Shown here one piece after another: positions 61,906 to 64,000 of a DNA stretch of 64,000 bases. The stretch spans positions 9,114,001-9,178,000 of the forward strand of contig OZ038378.1 in NCBI GenBank assembly GCA_964036045.1. The letters run 5' to 3'. Position numbers and translations under genes: made by a program. The stretch comes from Eutreptiella sp. 'Long Island Sound 2002' (Eukaryota; Protista; Euglenida). The notes under the pieces were generated by a model. That model was given only the letters and a program-made list of their open reading frames with translations, was not told where the DNA came from and did no database searches. The number at the start of each line of letters is the position of its first letter. Position 1 is the first letter of the stretch.

Positions 61906-64000
61906 GTCATGTCCTGTGTTCCCTGGTCCTGCCACCCCACAGCCCCAAATCTTGTATCCTATGGCCCCAACTCCTGCTCCCCTCTGCCGTCCCCCACCTT
62001 GATAGTGGCGAATGGATTTCGCCATCCACTCGGGCTTCTCTGCAAAAAGCAAACCTCCGAATGGGACAAGAACGGGCGGAGGATGAAATGTATCCCACTA
62101 AATTGGGGGCTTATTGCGTGCACAGCGCAGGCTGCACAAAGGTTGTGCAGTACCATACTCAAGCTGCATAGTGGTGCCTAGTACGAGTAACAATGAGCCT
62201 TGTTATGCATTTATTCGGGGCCTTTGCGCTGTGCAGAAACGCTCCCATTGAACCCCCCAAACTGGGGAAGAGATGGCATTCCAGTAGCCATGCGTCGCAG
62301 CCGGGCACCGTGGCCCCGAGGATAGAGAGGCAGAAAGCAAAGGGGAAGTGCTAAGGCCACGGACTGCAACCCCACCTGTGGGGACACGTACAAAAGGGAA
62401 ATAGTCCCGATCTCAACCCCTTGGCCACTTGGGGGCGCTACAGCAAGATGTCCCACCGCTGCTCCATCCAAGGTAATCAGTACTTTTGTGATCATGAATT
62501 TCCTTGCAGAACAGGCCTGGATATGTGAGTCAACAGAAGCAAGTGGCCAAAAACCTACCACCACACCGAGCCATATTGTCTCATGTGGTGCAAACATTAC
62601 ACAAGGGATGGACAGCTGTACACACACCATGATGGGTTCGGCCTGCATGGGGCGGTTCTGGGGGGGATGGCGGGCTCGCCACACAGAGGATAGAGTGCCC
62701 GTGCCTGGGAAGTGACCCTGCAAGTGGACATCCCCAGGACCAAGAGCCACTGCTGGACAGGGTCAGTCCACCGTCAGCATGGGATGTCTTCCTGGATGTC
62801 TGCCTCGGCCAATGGCGAGGGCCAAATGCCCTTCTCTGCGTGGACCCAACACAAGGTTGTGAAGCAGGGCAAGTCAGCAAGCTCTGTTGGCATAACTGAC
62901 CAAGCGATGGAAATGGAGTGTTGGGAGGTAAAGCCAGGGAGTAGTAGCAGAGTAAGTGCGTTTGGTGGTGCAAGGCCAGCTTGTACCACCACCTACCAAG
63001 AGAACGGGTTCTGTGTTGGTGGTGAGAGCCTGATAGGTGCTGCCAGCTTCCCACCCCAGCAGACAGCAGCAAGCTATCCACGGCGTCATGCCATTCCCCC
63101 GCCCCCCTTTCTTCAGAAACTCAGCACAACCACCACGGGTGCACCCCACATCTGAGCCCCCCACATCACACTGTGCAAACAAGTTGTGCTCAATGTCTGG
63201 AAATGCAGCGCACCACTGATGAAGCAAGGGATCTGAAACCCTGTGGCTCTGCGTTACAATTCCAACATCAGATGTGATAGAAAATTCAAACTGATCATGG
63301 TTATGCAAATGACTGCATGTGAAACACTGGTGCAGGAGTGGATGCCAAGGGTGCCGCCATGGACAGCAGTGGACCCACACAAAGTGCACTTGAACCCCCC
63401 CCCCCCCGCCAACACCACTATTTTGCTGTGTGTTGACTGGCTTCGCCATGGTGAAACACCTCAATGGAGCAATGGGGACCATCACTGCATACACTACCAC
63501 TGTACAGTATAAACAGCAGCACTGCACACACGTGCACACACCTGCGAATGTACTACAGACCCCCCCCCAGACCGGTGACATCCTCAACAGCCGCTGTCCC
63601 TGTGGATTGGTACCCTGACAACCTGGGCCCCAACATGCATGGCTGATTGGGGTTGCAACCCGGGGCAACACGTGAGGCCAATTACCATAGCATACAAACG
63701 CTTGTGAACAGAACTGCACCCGGACAAAAATGCACGTTGTGAGGAACAGACAACAAGACTCTATAAACAAATTAAAGAAGCCCGTGATGAGTCGCCCGGG
63801 CCTTGACCAAGGAGTCCCGCACCATGCTTAGGGATACCAACTGTGTAATAGGCAATCCCGGCCCACATTCTTCCATAGTGACATGCCCTCATGCCACAGT
63901 TGGTAGTTGCCACCAGGTTTAGACCCCCCCCCCCCCCGCCCCACCAACCAAAGAGGGCCCCTAATAGTGCCCTTGCATAGAAGACGGCACTTTCGAGACA

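Noticed and set aside
63215-63270. Second hammerhead (CTGATGA..GAAAC)
   Set aside because: Helix II has only 2 bp and no helix III or helix I partner exists. Other CTGATGA sites (6359, 34150, 52571) lack a suitably placed GAAA.
1770-63940. Many poly-C/poly-G tracts as a designed G-quadruplex system
   Set aside because: They lie mostly inside repeats, their lengths are unreliable in assemblies, and they show no positional pattern.
62000-64000. Final exon of the SLC25 carrier
   Set aside because: No frame with the expected EG..G.(F/Y)KG motif was found; it probably lies beyond the window.

Overview
Eukaryotic, intron-rich and transposon-saturated window. No prokaryotic operon, rRNA or CRISPR array is present. 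Three host genes can be assembled on the + strand from GT-AG exons. (1) A coiled-coil protein made of short phase-0 exons (about 483-20295). (2) A complete 9-exon CPA1 Na+/H+ exchanger of about 590 aa (33460-47299). (3) The first two exons of a peroxisomal-type SLC25 carrier (57810-61905; 3' end not found). Introns and spacers hold decayed or non-autonomous elements, most with termini or target-site duplications readable in the sequence: a Mutator/foldback-like element with a Ulp1-like protease (9-bp TSD), several PIF/Harbinger-like derivatives (3-bp TSD), a SAP-domain element (8-bp TSD), an hAT-like foldback, an L1/Tx1-like RT, a second LINE end with RNase H, and hAT-transposase and tyrosine-recombinase remnants. 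Strongest leads: a 272-bp insertion without TSD that splits the L1 ORF and carries a Penelope-type minimal hammerhead plus a terminal CCCTAA; a minisatellite cassette with TTAGGG motifs inside unrelated DNA-transposon families; B-box-like zinc fingers on two different element proteins; and an 11-residue-periodic Cys ectodomain on the exchanger. The repeats resemble what I recall from euglenid genomes, but that taxonomy is an unverified impression. All domain calls are by eye from motifs; no searches were run.
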